From Patescibacteria group bacterium (lineage in GTDB: Bacteria > Patescibacteriota > Patescibacteriia > UBA9934), in assembly GCA_041666205.1 (NCBI GenBank), contig JBAYHI010000003.1:13215-77214 (forward strand): DNA of 64,000 bases, in the 5' to 3' direction. Position 1 is the stretch's first letter. Each line of letters opens with the position of its first letter. The translations under genes were made by a program, and so were the position numbers. The notes beneath the pieces are model-generated. The model worked only from the letters and a program-made list of their open reading frames with translations. It was not told where the DNA came from and made no database searches. Shown here piece by piece: positions 9,590-21,800 of the stretch.

Positions 9590-10462
9590 ATGAAATTTCT
9601 TATTACCGGCGCACAAGGAATGCTTGGCAATGATTTGGTGCGCTTGATTCAACAGACTGGCTACACCGTGATTGCAACCGATCGCGCCACACTCGATATC
9701 ACTAACCGTGATCAAGTCCTCGCAAAAGTCCGCGAAATCAAACCCGACGTTGTCATAAACGCTGCGGCGTACAATTTAGTCGATAAGATTGAAGAAGAAG
9801 CGGTGTATCCAATTGCGCGCGCCATCAATGCAGAAGGGCCACGCAATCTCGCGGAAGCCGCAAAAGAAATCGGTGCGCGATTTGTGCACTACAGCACGGA
9901 TTATGTATTTCCCGGGGAAAAGCCAGAAGGCTACCTTGAAACCGACGAGGTGCGCCCTATTTCGAAATATGGTGAGACCAAGGCTGAAGGCGAGCGGCTC
10001 ATTCAAGAGGTTGGTGGGGATTATTTAATTTTTCGCTTATCAAAAATTTTTGGCGATCCGGGTACGGGCACAGATTGCAAGGAAAGTTTTGTGGCGCTCA
10101 TGCTTCGCTTAGCAAAAGAAAAACCAGAACTGAAAATCGTAAACGAAGAAGTTGGATCGCCAAGTTATACCAAAGATGTGGCGCGTGGCACGCTCAATGC
10201 ACTTTTGGAGCGCCGGCCACCAGGGATTTACCATTTAGTAAACGAGGGCCCTGGTGTGACGTGGTATGAATTTGCGGAAGAAATTTTTGGAGCTGCGCAT
10301 GTAACAACGCCGCGCTACCCGTGTCTTTCTTCGGAATTTCCAAAACCCGCCAAGCGTCCAAAGTTTGCTGCACTCAAAAATACAAAACTTCCCGTTCTGC
10401 GTGACAGACGGGAAGCATTACGTGAATTTCTTCTTGCTTTGTTGCGCCGTCCTTCAGCGTAA
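9590..10462 (+). CDS. rfbD: dTDP-4-dehydrorhamnose reductase
   Basis: 'MKFLITGAQGMLG', 'YSTDYVF' and full-length similarity to RmlD. Confidence 0.9.
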   Translation: MKFLITGAQGMLGNDLVRLIQQTGYTVIATDRATLDITNRDQVLAKVREIKPDVVINAAAYNLVDKIEEEAVYPIARAINAEGPRNLAEAAKEIGARFVHYSTDYVFPGEKPEGYLETDEVRPISKYGETKAEGERLIQEVGGDYLIFRLSKIFGDPGTGTDCKESFVALMLRLAKEKPELKIVNEEVGSPSYTKDVARGTLNALLERRPPGIYHLVNEGPGVTWYEFAEEIFGAAHVTTPRYPCLSSEFPKPAKRPKFAALKNTKLPVLRDRREALREFLLALLRRPSA

Positions 10463-11791
10463 CGGGAGGTGATAAAAGCCGGTGACGCTATTGATGGCGC
10501 CAAAGAAATATCCTTCTTTCCCTGATTCAGAAATCCATACACGCTCCAGATTGCCACCCTCCAAGAGGGTGGTGATTTGTCGGTTTGTGGCGTGGATCGC
10601 GCGATCGAATGCACTTAGGGTGCTGGAGGTGGCAAAGAGCACGGCATGGCCAGTCGGGTCCCAAGCGAGATACTCAATTGCATCGCTTTGTCGCAATAGG
10701 AATGTGGTTGTATGCGACGACGGGGTATAAAGATTGAGTTCATACCCGTCGCTCCACAGTAAACTCGATTCTTCCGCGAGCCAGTCAAATAGGGTGCCAC
10801 GTCCTTCCAAAAGAATCGGTTGACGCGCAGCAATATCGAGTAAAATAAATCCAGAATTATCATTGGTGAGCACCAAGTAATTTCCTTGTCGCAATGCAAT
10901 GGTATACGCACTTCGTGGAAGGAGCGCAATCAGCGTTTGTGTGGAACCAATTTGCTGGCGTAACTCGGTATAGGTGCCGTTATCTACAAACGATAAAATA
11001 CTTGCGTCTAGAAGAATTTGTGTTGAATCCGCGGCGCTCACAAGCACTTCTTTATTTCCACTGCGACTCGAGACGTCCAGTTGCTTAATCGCATCTTCAT
11101 GAACGGCAGACAAGATTCGATCATCGCTTGGGTGCCAGGAGAGATAATCCGGTGCTTCCATTTCCTGTAGGGAGGAAAGCGCGGTTCCGCTGGCGTCATA
11201 AACCGCAATTTTTTTGGCAGGCAGATCTGCAAATAAGAAATACGAACTTCCCGCAGACCAATCGAGAGTCATCTCGGAGGCATCGGTGGTGGTTGGATAG
11301 GTGAAGAGCGTTGTATCTTTACTTGTCGTTGTCTCAAAAAGATGAAGTGCACGTTCATTTTTTTCTTCGACCGTGTACAAAACAAGCGATCCGTCGGCAT
11401 TGGGCGCAACGCGACTCACATCTTGTTGAAATAATAATTCCGGAGACGCTTGCTTAAATAGCAATAAATCTCGAATCGTTGTGGTAAGCCCCTCTTTGAT
11501 TTCTACCTCATCATTCCACGCGTGATAATCTGTTTTTGAAAATCCCAGCGTATAGGTGCCGGGAATGATGTGCTTGAAAATATAGGGAGTGACCTCATCC
11601 ACCGCCACATCATCGAGCGAGATGGAAGCTCCGCGCGGCAGCGTTGCAAGCGATAGAACCCCTGTGCGCGTAACCAGCCCTTCTTGGAAATCATAGCGAA
11701 ACCCGGCGGTGTAGAGCACAATCGTGGGTGCTGCGATGCAAAAGAAGATGAGAAAAAACGCGAAGATGATTCGACGAAGATAGCGTGGCAT
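10454..11791 (-). CDS. PEGA-domain protein with N-terminal TM anchor and predicted beta-propeller
   Basis: N-terminal TM helix. A PEGA-like segment ('SISLDDVAVDEVTPYIF...PGTYTLGFSKTDYHAWNDEVEIKEG') followed by repetitive beta-rich sequence. Confidence 0.6.
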   Translation of the reverse strand: MPRYLRRIIFAFFLIFFCIAAPTIVLYTAGFRYDFQEGLVTRTGVLSLATLPRGASISLDDVAVDEVTPYIFKHIIPGTYTLGFSKTDYHAWNDEVEIKEGLTTTIRDLLLFKQASPELLFQQDVSRVAPNADGSLVLYTVEEKNERALHLFETTTSKDTTLFTYPTTTDASEMTLDWSAGSSYFLFADLPAKKIAVYDASGTALSSLQEMEAPDYLSWHPSDDRILSAVHEDAIKQLDVSSRSGNKEVLVSAADSTQILLDASILSFVDNGTYTELRQQIGSTQTLIALLPRSAYTIALRQGNYLVLTNDNSGFILLDIAARQPILLEGRGTLFDWLAEESSLLWSDGYELNLYTPSSHTTTFLLRQSDAIEYLAWDPTGHAVLFATSSTLSAFDRAIHATNRQITTLLEGGNLERVWISESGKEGYFFGAINSVTGFYHLPLR

Positions 11792-11867
11792 AGATAGTCA
11801 CAGCGTATCAAATTTGAAACAATTTGCCCATGGATTTTGTGCGTCGCTCGTGTTAGACTACAGTCGT

Positions 11868-13100
11868 ATGGAAAAAATGAAAACTCCTTGGAAAGGGGCG
11901 TCCCTTGGGTATTTATTGCTCGCTGCCAGTTTGGCGGTCACGCTTTTTTATGGAGGATTTTTCTTGGGCCAGTGGCAAGGGGCCACATCAGGCACAAGCG
12001 TAAATGGAACCGCGGTCATTCCAAGTGGAAATTTATTTGGGAATGAATCGGATTTAGATTTTGGATTATTTGAAGAAACCTGGACGCTCATCCGTGATAC
12101 GTATTTGCGAACGCCCGTAGAAGATGAAACGCTTTTTTACGGTGCGCTCGAAGGCATGGTAAACGCACTCGACGATCCGTATACCACGTTCTTTGATCCA
12201 GAAACCGCAAAAGAATTTACCGAAGAACTCGATGGTGTATTTTCCGGCATTGGTGCAGAAATTGGTAAGCGCGATGATTTGATCGTGATTATTGCTCCGC
12301 TTCCCGATAGTCCAGCACAGCGCGCAGGACTCCTATCGGGCGATGCGATTTTGGCGGTCGATGGGGAAGACACCTATGATTGGTCGGTGAGCGAAACCGT
12401 CATGAAAATTCGTGGGGAAATCGGAACCGATGTGGTGCTCACCATTTATCGCGAGGGCGAAGAAACTTCGCGCGATGTCACGCTGACGCGAGCGGAAATC
12501 AATGTGGATAGCGTCACGTGGGAATTGCGCGACGATGGGATTGCCGTGATTGAGGTCTCCATGTTCAACGAAGATAGCACGACGCTATTTCAGCAAGCTG
12601 TTCAAGAACTCATCCCACAAAATCCAAAAGGAATCGTGCTTGACTTGCGTAATAATCCAGGAGGCTTGCTAACCGAGGCAATCAATTTAGCTGGGTTCTG
12701 GGTAGATGGAAAAACGGTCGTGCAAGAACGTGTTGGCGAGACGGAATTTGAATTTCCCGCATCGGGTTCTGCACAACTTGCCGGGATCCCAACCGTGGTA
12801 CTGGTGAACGAAGGAAGCGCTTCTGCGTCAGAGATTCTTTCCGGCGCATTGCAAGATTATAAGCTCGCACGCCTCATTGGCACGCAAACATTTGGGAAAG
12901 GATCTGTGCAGGAATATCACGAATTCCCCGATGGCTCTGCGCTTAAAGTGACGGTGGCAGAATGGCTCACAGCCAAGGGGCGCTCCATCGATAAGGTGGG
13001 GATTGAGCCTGATCAAATTATTGAATTAACGCTTGAAGATTATAATGCAGGAACCGATCCACAGTTCGACGCGGCGATCGATTTCCTCACGGCGAGGTAA
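11868..13100 (+). CDS. ctpA: Carboxyl-terminal processing protease (S41 peptidase family)
   Basis: PDZ domain ('GLLSGDAILAVDG') plus the S41 catalytic region ('GIVLDLRNNPGG...GSASASEILSGALQDYKLARLIGTQTFGKGSVQ'). First in-frame ATG at 11868; the ORF track start at 11814 is TTG. Confidence 0.88.
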   Translation: MEKMKTPWKGASLGYLLLAASLAVTLFYGGFFLGQWQGATSGTSVNGTAVIPSGNLFGNESDLDFGLFEETWTLIRDTYLRTPVEDETLFYGALEGMVNALDDPYTTFFDPETAKEFTEELDGVFSGIGAEIGKRDDLIVIIAPLPDSPAQRAGLLSGDAILAVDGEDTYDWSVSETVMKIRGEIGTDVVLTIYREGEETSRDVTLTRAEINVDSVTWELRDDGIAVIEVSMFNEDSTTLFQQAVQELIPQNPKGIVLDLRNNPGGLLTEAINLAGFWVDGKTVVQERVGETEFEFPASGSAQLAGIPTVVLVNEGSASASEILSGALQDYKLARLIGTQTFGKGSVQEYHEFPDGSALKVTVAEWLTAKGRSIDKVGIEPDQIIELTLEDYNAGTDPQFDAAIDFLTAR

Positions 13101-13131
13101 ACTCCGTGGGGGCCGTAAGGTCCGGACCGAA

Positions 13132-13575
13132 GTGTCCGCAGGGGGTTTGGTCTTTCGGAGGACGAAGCGCGGTGTTCAGATTGCCATGCTCGAGGACGCA
13201 TTTGGACATTGGACGTTTCCAAAAGGTCATGTGCGACGTTTGGAAACCTTGCGCGATGCTGCGGAGCGCGAAATTGCAGAAGAGCTCAGTCTCACTGGAT
13301 TGCAATTCCGCGGACAGCTGGGGACGATTGATATTTGGTTCCGTGATCGATTTGTGTGGAAGGGTATGATGATCCACAAATTCATTCACTACTTTTTATT
13401 TGAAGCGCCTGCAGATCAGAAATTGGTCCCGCCCCCGCTCGGGGAGCACGGGGAGCAAATCCTTGCGGTTGCCTGGGTACCGGTTGAGAAAGTCTTGCGC
13501 AGGTCTACGTATCGCGATTTGCAGCCCATCATTGAAAAAGCCATTGGGATTTTGCGTCTTGCACAGCCTCGTTGA
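13132..13575 (+). CDS. NUDIX hydrolase
   Basis: Nudix box 'GHVRRLETLRDAAEREIAEELSL'. ORF is open from TTG at 13033, overlapping ctpA; GTG at 13132 is the first plausible start after the ctpA stop, so the start is uncertain. Confidence 0.7.
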   Translation: MSAGGLVFRRTKRGVQIAMLEDAFGHWTFPKGHVRRLETLRDAAEREIAEELSLTGLQFRGQLGTIDIWFRDRFVWKGMMIHKFIHYFLFEAPADQKLVPPPLGEHGEQILAVAWVPVEKVLRRSTYRDLQPIIEKAIGILRLAQPR

Positions 13576-13610
13576 CGCACAGGGGTAAACATCGATATCA
13601 TATTTGCGTT

Positions 13611-14051
13611 ATGAAAATTATCCTCATGGAGGACGTCAAAGAATTAGGCCACAAAGGGGAGGTCGTGGAAGCGTCTGAAGGGTATGTCCGCAATTTTTTG
13701 TTTCCACAGCATTTTGCCGTGGAAGCAAGCGAAGAAGCGCTTCGGGCCCTGCGCGAAAAAGAAAAAGCCCAAGGTCGACGCGAAAAAAAGCAGGAAAACG
13801 AAGAGAAAAAACTCGCAACCAGTCTTGAGGGGCGGGAATTCGTGATCACGGCAAAAACCGATCACGGCAAATTGTACGGATCCATTGGAAAAAAAGAAGT
13901 TGCGAGCGCGCTCAAAAAAGCGGGATTTGCGATTTCCGAGGAATGGATTACGTTTGCTCCGCAAAAAGAGGTTGGCAGCGCGGAAGCACTCGTTTCCTTC
14001 CCGAGCGGTTTTGAAGCCGCAGTTACCATTGTCATCGAAGATAACCCTTAA
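13611..14051 (+). CDS. rplI: 50S ribosomal protein L9
   Basis: 'MKIILMEDVKELGHKGEVVEASEGYVRNFLFP' is the canonical L9 N-terminal domain. Confidence 0.93.
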   Translation: MKIILMEDVKELGHKGEVVEASEGYVRNFLFPQHFAVEASEEALRALREKEKAQGRREKKQENEEKKLATSLEGREFVITAKTDHGKLYGSIGKKEVASALKKAGFAISEEWITFAPQKEVGSAEALVSFPSGFEAAVTIVIEDNP

Positions 14052-14060
14052 CTCACCATC

Positions 14061-14090
14061 TATCGACCCTGCGGGGTCGATCTTTCGTTT
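14061..14090 (+). terminator. Intrinsic terminator-like hairpin after rplI
   Basis: 'atcgaccctgcggggtcgat' perfect stem followed by 'ctttcgttt'. Confidence 0.5.
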
Positions 14091-15710
14091 ATGAAGCATC
14101 ATTATTTGTTCGTGGTCGGCGGTGTTATGAGTGGCGTTGGAAAAGGAACGTCGTCAGCAGCGCTTGGGCTCACCATTCAGGCAAAAGGATATTCTGTAAC
14201 GTCCATCAAAATCGATCCGTATGTCAATGTGGACGCGGGCACCATGAATCCGGTGGAGCACGGCGAAGTATTCGTCACCGTTGACGGCGACGAAACCGAT
14301 CAGGATGTGGGAACCTATGAGCGCTATTTGGGGCGAGACATTACGCGCATGAATTACATGACAACTGGTCGTGTGTATCAAACCGTAATTGAAAAAGAAC
14401 GAAACCTCGAATATGGCGGAAAGTGCGTGGAAGTTGTGCCTCATGTACCAGAAGAAGTGATTCGTCGTATTGAACATGCGTCAAAAGAAGCGAAAGCGGA
14501 CGTAACCCTCATTGAGGTTGGGGGAACGGTTGGGGAGTATCAAAATGTATTGTTCTTGGAAGCGGCTCGCATGATGAAAGCGAAAAATCCGGATGCCGTG
14601 CGATTTGTGCTGGTGAGCTATTTGCCCGTTCCGCCATCGATTGGAGAAATGAAAACCAAACCAACGCAATACGCGGTGCGCACCTTAAACGGGGCTGGCA
14701 TTCAACCGGATTTCATTATTGGTCGTTCTACCATGCCAATTGATAAACCTCGCAAGGAAAAAATTGCGCAATTTTGTGCCGTGCCCTGGGAGCACATTAT
14801 CTCAGCACCAGACGCAAAATCGGTTTACCATATCCCCGACATGTTTGAGGATCAAAATTTTGCTTCGCTTGTTCTTAAGAGTTTCAAACTCAAAGTGAAA
14901 GGCAATGACCTATCCGCGTGGAATGAATTCACAGAAAAACTCGAGACGGCCAAGACGCCAGTAAAAATCGGGGTGATTGGGAAATATTTTTCCACAGGCG
15001 ACTTCACGTTGTCGGACGCGTATATTTCCGTTCTCGAAGCCATCAAACATGCTTGCGTTGCCGAAGGCGTGAAACCAGAAATTGCGTGGCTCAATTCCGA
15101 AGAATATGAAGAGCATCCGGAAAAACTCGATGAGTTGAAAACGTTTGACGGGATTCTCATTCCTGGGGGATTTGGATCGCGTGGCGTTGAGGGGAAAATT
15201 GCGGCAATCGAATATGCCCGCAAACACAAGATTCCTTATTTTGGGCTTTGCTATGGCATGCAATGCGCGGTCATAGAATACGCACGCCATGAACTTGGAT
15301 ATACAGACGCCAATACCACGGAAATTAATCCAAAAACGAAATACCCTGTGATTCATTTGATGGATGATCAAGAGAAAAAACTCGAAGACAAACAATACGG
15401 CAATACCATGCGATTGGGGAGCTATCCATGTGTCCTCAAGGCTGACACGATTTCGCGCGCATCCTATGGCGAAGAAAAAATCAGCGAGCGACATCGCCAC
15501 CGCTATGAATTCAATAATGCGTATCGTGCGGAACTTCAAAACGCCGGGCTCGTGCTTGCTGGCACGTCGCCGGATGATCGATTAGTGGAAATAGTTGAAA
15601 TCAAGGATCATCCATTTTTCGTGGGAGTTCAATTCCATCCAGAGTTTCAGAGTCGACCCCTGTTGCCACATCCGTTATTTGTTGCATTCGTGAGGGCAAT
15701 GAAAAAGTGA
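14091..15710 (+). CDS. pyrG: CTP synthase
   Basis: N-terminal 'GGVMSGVGKG' synthetase domain and C-terminal glutamine amidotransferase domain ('GLCYGMQ', 'HRHRYEFN'). Confidence 0.95.
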   Translation: MKHHYLFVVGGVMSGVGKGTSSAALGLTIQAKGYSVTSIKIDPYVNVDAGTMNPVEHGEVFVTVDGDETDQDVGTYERYLGRDITRMNYMTTGRVYQTVIEKERNLEYGGKCVEVVPHVPEEVIRRIEHASKEAKADVTLIEVGGTVGEYQNVLFLEAARMMKAKNPDAVRFVLVSYLPVPPSIGEMKTKPTQYAVRTLNGAGIQPDFIIGRSTMPIDKPRKEKIAQFCAVPWEHIISAPDAKSVYHIPDMFEDQNFASLVLKSFKLKVKGNDLSAWNEFTEKLETAKTPVKIGVIGKYFSTGDFTLSDAYISVLEAIKHACVAEGVKPEIAWLNSEEYEEHPEKLDELKTFDGILIPGGFGSRGVEGKIAAIEYARKHKIPYFGLCYGMQCAVIEYARHELGYTDANTTEINPKTKYPVIHLMDDQEKKLEDKQYGNTMRLGSYPCVLKADTISRASYGEEKISERHRHRYEFNNAYRAELQNAGLVLAGTSPDDRLVEIVEIKDHPFFVGVQFHPEFQSRPLLPHPLFVAFVRAMKK

Positions 15711-15723
15711 TGCCGTACGGGTC

Positions 15724-15750
15724 GGGTTGCCCGACCCGTACGACGACGTA
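15724..15750 (+). repeat. REP-like element: GTAC-led GC-rich hairpin 'gtacgggtcgggttgcccgacccgtac'
   Basis: Member of the hairpin family also seen at 21877, 62965 and 46641. Confidence 0.7.
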
Positions 15751-15763
15751 AATATTCCCGATT

Positions 15764-15792
15764 GCATAATGCAATCGGGAATTATTAATTGG
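15764..15792. promoter_or_regulatory. Perfect 13-bp-arm palindrome 'attcccgattgcat-aa-atgcaatcgggaat', a candidate operator upstream of the giant surface-protein gene
   Basis: Seen directly. Sits 20 nt upstream of an extended -10 (tgtTATACT, 15815..15823) that precedes the ATG at 15832. Confidence 0.4.
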
Positions 15793-15831
15793 GGATAATT
15801 CCGCGGGGGCTCGCGATTTTTTTGTTATACT

Positions 15832-18800
15832 ATGCTCAATATGAATCGCCGATTTTTTGCGCCGAAATATTTTTTCGTCGCACTTTCACTAATTCTTGGA
15901 ATTGGTCTTTTTGCGTACGCGGATTCTGCATCCGCTGCGGCGATTTCGTGGGATAGCGGTGGGGCGAACAACGATTGGGAAACGGTCGAAAACTGGTCGG
16001 GCGATGCCGTGCCAACCGATGCAGATGACGTGACGATTGATTATGCGGAGACGATTGCTATCAATGCAACAACAACGGTGAATTCTTTAACAGTCGGTGG
16101 TACGAACGCAACGGTTCTCAATTTCGATTACGATGCCATTACCGGCGGGGCACTTATTATTGATGCGGGGAACTTGACGGTTGCCGCAAATGGAACGATT
16201 ACGCATACAGGTGGGTCAACAAGCTCGGTTCTTGCCACGGTTTTTATTGATGTACAAACAGGCGACGCAACAATTACAGGAACAGTGAATGTGGACGGAA
16301 AGGGGTATGCAAAAGGGTATGGTACCGGAAAGGGTACGGGCTTTGGTGGAGGTGGTTACGGGGGCGAAGGCAGTGCTGGGAACGGAGGTACGGGAGGCAC
16401 AACATACGGCTCTATTACTGCTCCGACAGATCTTGGTAGCGGAGGATCTGGAAGCTGTAATGGTGGGGCTGGAGCCGGGTCTGTGAAGTTATTAGTTGCT
16501 GGCGGATTAACGGTTGCGGGAAGTATCTCTGCAACAGGTGCAACGTCCAATGAGTGGTGCGCTTCGCCGGGGTCGGGCGGGTCAATTTATCTGGATGCGG
16601 GGACATTTGCTGGAGCCGGGACGGTTGATGTGAATGGTGGAGCATATAGCTATTTTAATGCAGGCCAAGGTGGTGGCGGGCGTCTTGCAATTTATTATGA
16701 TACGAATACCTATTCGGGAACTCCAACCGCATACGGTGGCTATGACGCCTCCAATGGGTACTATGCCGGTGCGGGCACAGTCTATATTAAAGACAATGCC
16801 GATACATACGGAAGTCTCACAGTCGACAACAATAGTCATGACATGACAACCGATGATCGATATTTGGGAAAAACAAATCTTTCTTCAACAGCGACCTATA
16901 AAAATCTTACAATTTCCAACGACGGTCATATTGATTTAATTTCCGGAGCAACCATTACCGTTGATTCAACGTTTACGTGGACAGGTGGAAATGTCACAGA
17001 TAGCGGTGGGGTGCTTGCAACCATAACATCAGGGGATGTTGTTGTACCGGCGGGGTCTTACTTTTATGCAAATACGGCGCGCACTGGAGCAGGGGCGCTC
17101 ACAAGTCTTACGATAAATGGTGTTCTTACACATTCAACAAATAGTACCCTTACATCTTACGTATTGGATGTGGAAACAACAGGCGCAACAGATATTGCTA
17201 CCGGGGGATCGGTCAATGTTGCAGCGCGTGGTCTTCAAAGAGGGTATGGTACTGGCGCGGCTTCGGGTGATCGCAGTGGAGCTGGATATGGAGGAGAAGG
17301 GGGCACAGGATATACATTGGCAGGTGGTGGCACCACATATGGGTCTATTACGGCCCCAACGAGTTTAGGCAGCGGAGGCTTTTCTGGGTGTGCGTCTGGA
17401 AATGGGGGCGGGGCAATTAAGCTTACGGTTGGCGGGACGCTTACAGTGACTGGGAGCATTACCGCCAGCGGTGGAGCGAGTGGGGAATGGTGTGGTGGAG
17501 GAGGATCGGGTGGCTCTATTTATCTAGACACAGGTACAATCACAGGGGCGGGGGCCATTACATCTGCGGGTGGCGCGGCAACAACAGCGGATGCGGGAAA
17601 TGGCGGAGGTGGTCGCATCGCAATCTATTACGATGCGAGTACCTATTCTGGGACTCCAACCGCGTATGGAGGATACTTTTCGACGAATTATTTTGGCGGA
17701 GCTGGCACGATTTATATAAAAGACAATGCCGACACGTATGGAAGTCTTACGGTAGATAATAATAGTCGTGATATAACAACGGATGATCGGTATTATGGGA
17801 AAACAAATCTTTCTTCAACGGCAACCTATAAAAATATTACGATTTCCAATGACGGCCATATTGATTTAATTTCCGGAGCAACCATCACGGTTGATTCAAC
17901 GCTCACGTGGACGGGCGGGAATATTACAGATAGCGGAGGGGTATTGAGCTCGGTAAATTCCGGGGACGTTGTTATCCCTGCGAACGCTCGTTTCCTAGCG
18001 AATACAACGCGGAGTGTAACCTCGCTTACCGTGAATGGCACGATGACACACTCAAAAAATACGACAGTGGAGACACATAAAATAAACTATACAACGAGCG
18101 CAGATGTCACAATCGGTGCCTCTGGGACAATAAATGTAACTCAGCAAGGTTTTATTGGGGGCTATGGGGACGGTCATGGGCACGATGCAGGGGCGTATGG
18201 TTCTGGTGGAGGTTATGGAGGCGTTGGAGGGGATACGGCAGATGGTGGAGATACCGGAGGGATTACGTATGGCTCGGAAACAGCACCGTCCAATCTCGGT
18301 TCGGGCGGGATGGGTGAGGGCGCGTCAAACCTCGGATCATCGGGCGGTGGCGCAGTCAAGCTTTCGGTGGGTGGAAATTTGAGTATTGGTGGAACAATTG
18401 TTGCAAATGGTGGATCAGATTATAGTGGGTGGTTCTTGAATTATGGCGGTGGCTCGGGCGGTTCCATTTGGCTTGCTGTTTCGGGCGCGATATCTGGAGG
18501 AGGGAATGTTTCTGCACAGGGATCAAGCGCACAAAGTGCCGGCGCTGGTGCCGGGGGTGGTGGACGTATCGCGATGACCGCCGCATCAAGTACGTGGTCG
18601 GGTTCGGCGTCTGTTATTGCTGGCACAACCGGCTATGCCGGCGGTGTTGGTACAGTGTATGATAATTACGCTCCAACAGCTGGCAATCCTTCCAATACGT
18701 TTGCAACAGATGGGACGGGCGAGATGCTTGTTTCCCTTGTTGTTGACGATCCCGATGATGAAACACTTTCATTGAAGGTGGAATATTCTATGGACGGAGG

Positions 18801-21800
18801 CGGCACGTGGGAAGACCCAACACTTTCAGAAACGCTAGGGGATACAACCGCAAGTTTTGGGACGCCGGCCACGGAAAACGATAATGCGTATCAAATTTCC
18901 AGTGTTATCACGTCATCGGGTGCAAATACAATTGCGTTCGTGTGGAATTCAAAAACCGATGAGCCAACCGGCGATGTTACCAATGCGAAAATTCGCGTCA
19001 CGGTCAACGACGGCGGAATGGATGGGACGCCAGCAACGAGTACAAATACCACGCTCGATAATGCCGCACCAACCGGTCTTGCCGACTTGGCTGTCACTGC
19101 CTATCCTTCAACCTCACTTTCTCTTTCTTGGACTGCGGCAACATCAGAATCTCACTTTGATCATTACGAACTGTGGTATGGTTCGAATTCATCCGACGTC
19201 AACAATCGTACCGGTTCCGCGACGGAATGGGACAATGCGGATGATGGTGCGCTTGCAACCATGAGTACCACTTCTACCACCATTACGGGTCTTTCACAAA
19301 ACGTCACGTACTACGTAAAGATTTGGGCGGTGGATGATTACACCAATGAAGCAACGCTTGTTGCGATCTCACAAAAAACAAATGGGCTTCCAACCGCCGC
19401 GACCGTCACACCGACGTTTGCCACAGATGGAACTGGAAGAACGACTGTGACGGTCATTATTGACGACGCAGACGATCAAACGTCTTCATTCAAAGTTGAG
19501 TATTCCACAAATGGCGGAGGTGCTTGGGCAGATCCAACACTTTCCACAACCGCGGAGGATTTGTCTGGAACGTTTGGTACTCCAGCGCTCAATAATGCGT
19601 CTACCTACCAAATTAGCAATGTCACAACCGCGTCGGGCGCGAATACGATTTCGTTCGTTTGGAACTCTGGAACGGATGTTCCCACTGCAGATGTTTCAAA
19701 CGCTCTTATTCGAATTACTCCATACGACGGTGCAGAGGCGGGGTCGGGTGTGAATTCCGCGAGTTTCTCCATGGATAATGCGGACCCTTCTGGCATGGCA
19801 GGTCTTGGTGTTGGTTCATATGCGTCCGATGAAGTTGTGATGACCTGGACTGCAGTTTCTTCTGAAACCAATTTTGATCACTACGAACTCTGGTATGGGA
19901 CTAATTCCTCGGATGTAGATAACCGCACAGGGACGGCAACAGAATGGGATAATTCCGACGATGCCACGCTCGCTACCATGACAACGGCCACGACAACAAT
20001 TCCAAGTCTTGTGGCAAATACTACGTATTACATCAAGGTTTGGGCTGTTGACGATTACGGCAATGAAGCAACGCTTGCCTCAAGTACACAAAAAACAAAC
20101 GCTATTGTGACAGCCACTACACCGACCGCGACGGTTGCAACAGACGGCACGGGTGAGGTGACGGTTGTCACGACCATTGATGACGCCGACGACGAAGACT
20201 CCCGCTTCTTGGTGGAATATTCCATCGATGGCGGTGGCACCTATGCCAAAGCGACGCTTTCGGAAACGGATGTAGACACCACGGCCACCTATGGGGATCC
20301 GGATGTTGCCAATGTAAATTCCTACCAAGTTGGAAATGCCTCCGGCTACGTTACAACTGCCTCTGGGGCAAATGCGGTAACCTTCATTTGGAATTCGCAT
20401 ACCGACGTGCCAACGGCCGATGTTACAAATGCAAAAATTCGTGTCACACCAAATGATCAAATTGAAGACGGCACCGCAATGCCATCTGCTAATTTCACGC
20501 TAGATAATGCACATCCCCAAGCACTTGCAGATTTTGTGGTGAGCGCAAAGAGTGCAACGTCTGTTACACTTACCTGGACAGCAGCAACAGATACACACTT
20601 TTCACACTATGAAATTTGGTATGGCGAAGATTCCGGAGATGTTGATGGACGGACCGGTACTGCAACGGAATGGGATAATTCCGACGATGCAGCACTCGCA
20701 ACTGCAACAACCGCAACAACACGTATCCTTCCTCTGGAGTCAGCAACAACCTATTTCTTCAAGATTTTTGCTGTCGACGATTATACAAACGAAACAACGC
20801 AGGCAGCGACTTCTGTAAAAACCTCTTCAAGAGGGAGCACTGCGTCGCGACCGACGCCAGCACCGGATCTTACCAACCTCACCGTCTCCCAAGATGATGG
20901 CACAACCACCGCGTCGCTCATGGAAGAAAAATGGACATCTGTGAATTGGCTCTCGCTTGGCGCGGTGCCAAATGTGAATGTGTATTACTCGGTTGACGAA
21001 GGAGTAAATTGGCTCAAGTTTGTTGGCCCGATTGCCAATCGCGACAATATTGGATTTGTGATGCCAGCAGGACTGGGCACCACCTTTATGCTTCGCGTCA
21101 TTGGCACCGACCTTGCCGTCAATCTCGATACTGAGACAACAGGCATCCTCACCCTCATTCCTCGTCCAATGACAGTTGAACCCGAGGCTCCGTCGGTTGT
21201 TTACAAGCCGGTTGAACCTATCTATCCCACTGATCCTTGGCTTGGCGTACCAGACCTTAACCCGGAGTGGCCACAAGAAACCGCACCGTTTATCCCTCCG
21301 GTAAAAGAAACGCCAACCGTCATTCCAGGTCAGTCTCCAATTATTACCTACACCGAACCAGAAGCCATTTCTCCGGTAACGGGACTCGAAGAACCGGTGT
21401 CAGACGTGCAGCCTGGCGACTATATTAAGAGCCCAAGTTTCCCAACCGTTTACTATGTGACGGAAGATTTGGCACGCAAACCATTTGCTGATGCACAAAC
21501 CTATTTCACCTACGAGGCAAGTTTTGATCGTATCAAAGTTGTGACAGACGCAACGCTTACGCTCCTCAATCTTTCCGGCCCCATGCTTCCAAAGCCATCC
21601 ACCGTGCTTGTAAAAATTCAAAGTGATCCAAAGGTTTACGTAGTGTCAGAAAATCCAGAGAATCCTTATCGCCCAATTCTCCGTTGGCTCTCAAGTGAAG
21701 AGCTTGCTACCACGCTGTATGGCGCCCATTGGTCAGATTATGTGATTGACGTGCCGGTGACGCTCTTTGCACGGTTTGAGATCGGGAATGCCATTGGGCT

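Noticed and set aside
13033-13131. NUDIX ORF extension overlapping ctpA by 68 nt
   Set aside because: The track start is TTG deep inside ctpA. GTG at 13132 after the ctpA stop is more plausible, but the start remains uncertain.
16289-21621. Numerous 60-150-aa ORFs on both strands inside the giant gene
   Set aside because: They are nested in repetitive Gly/Thr-rich coding DNA and are products of repeat composition, not independent genes.
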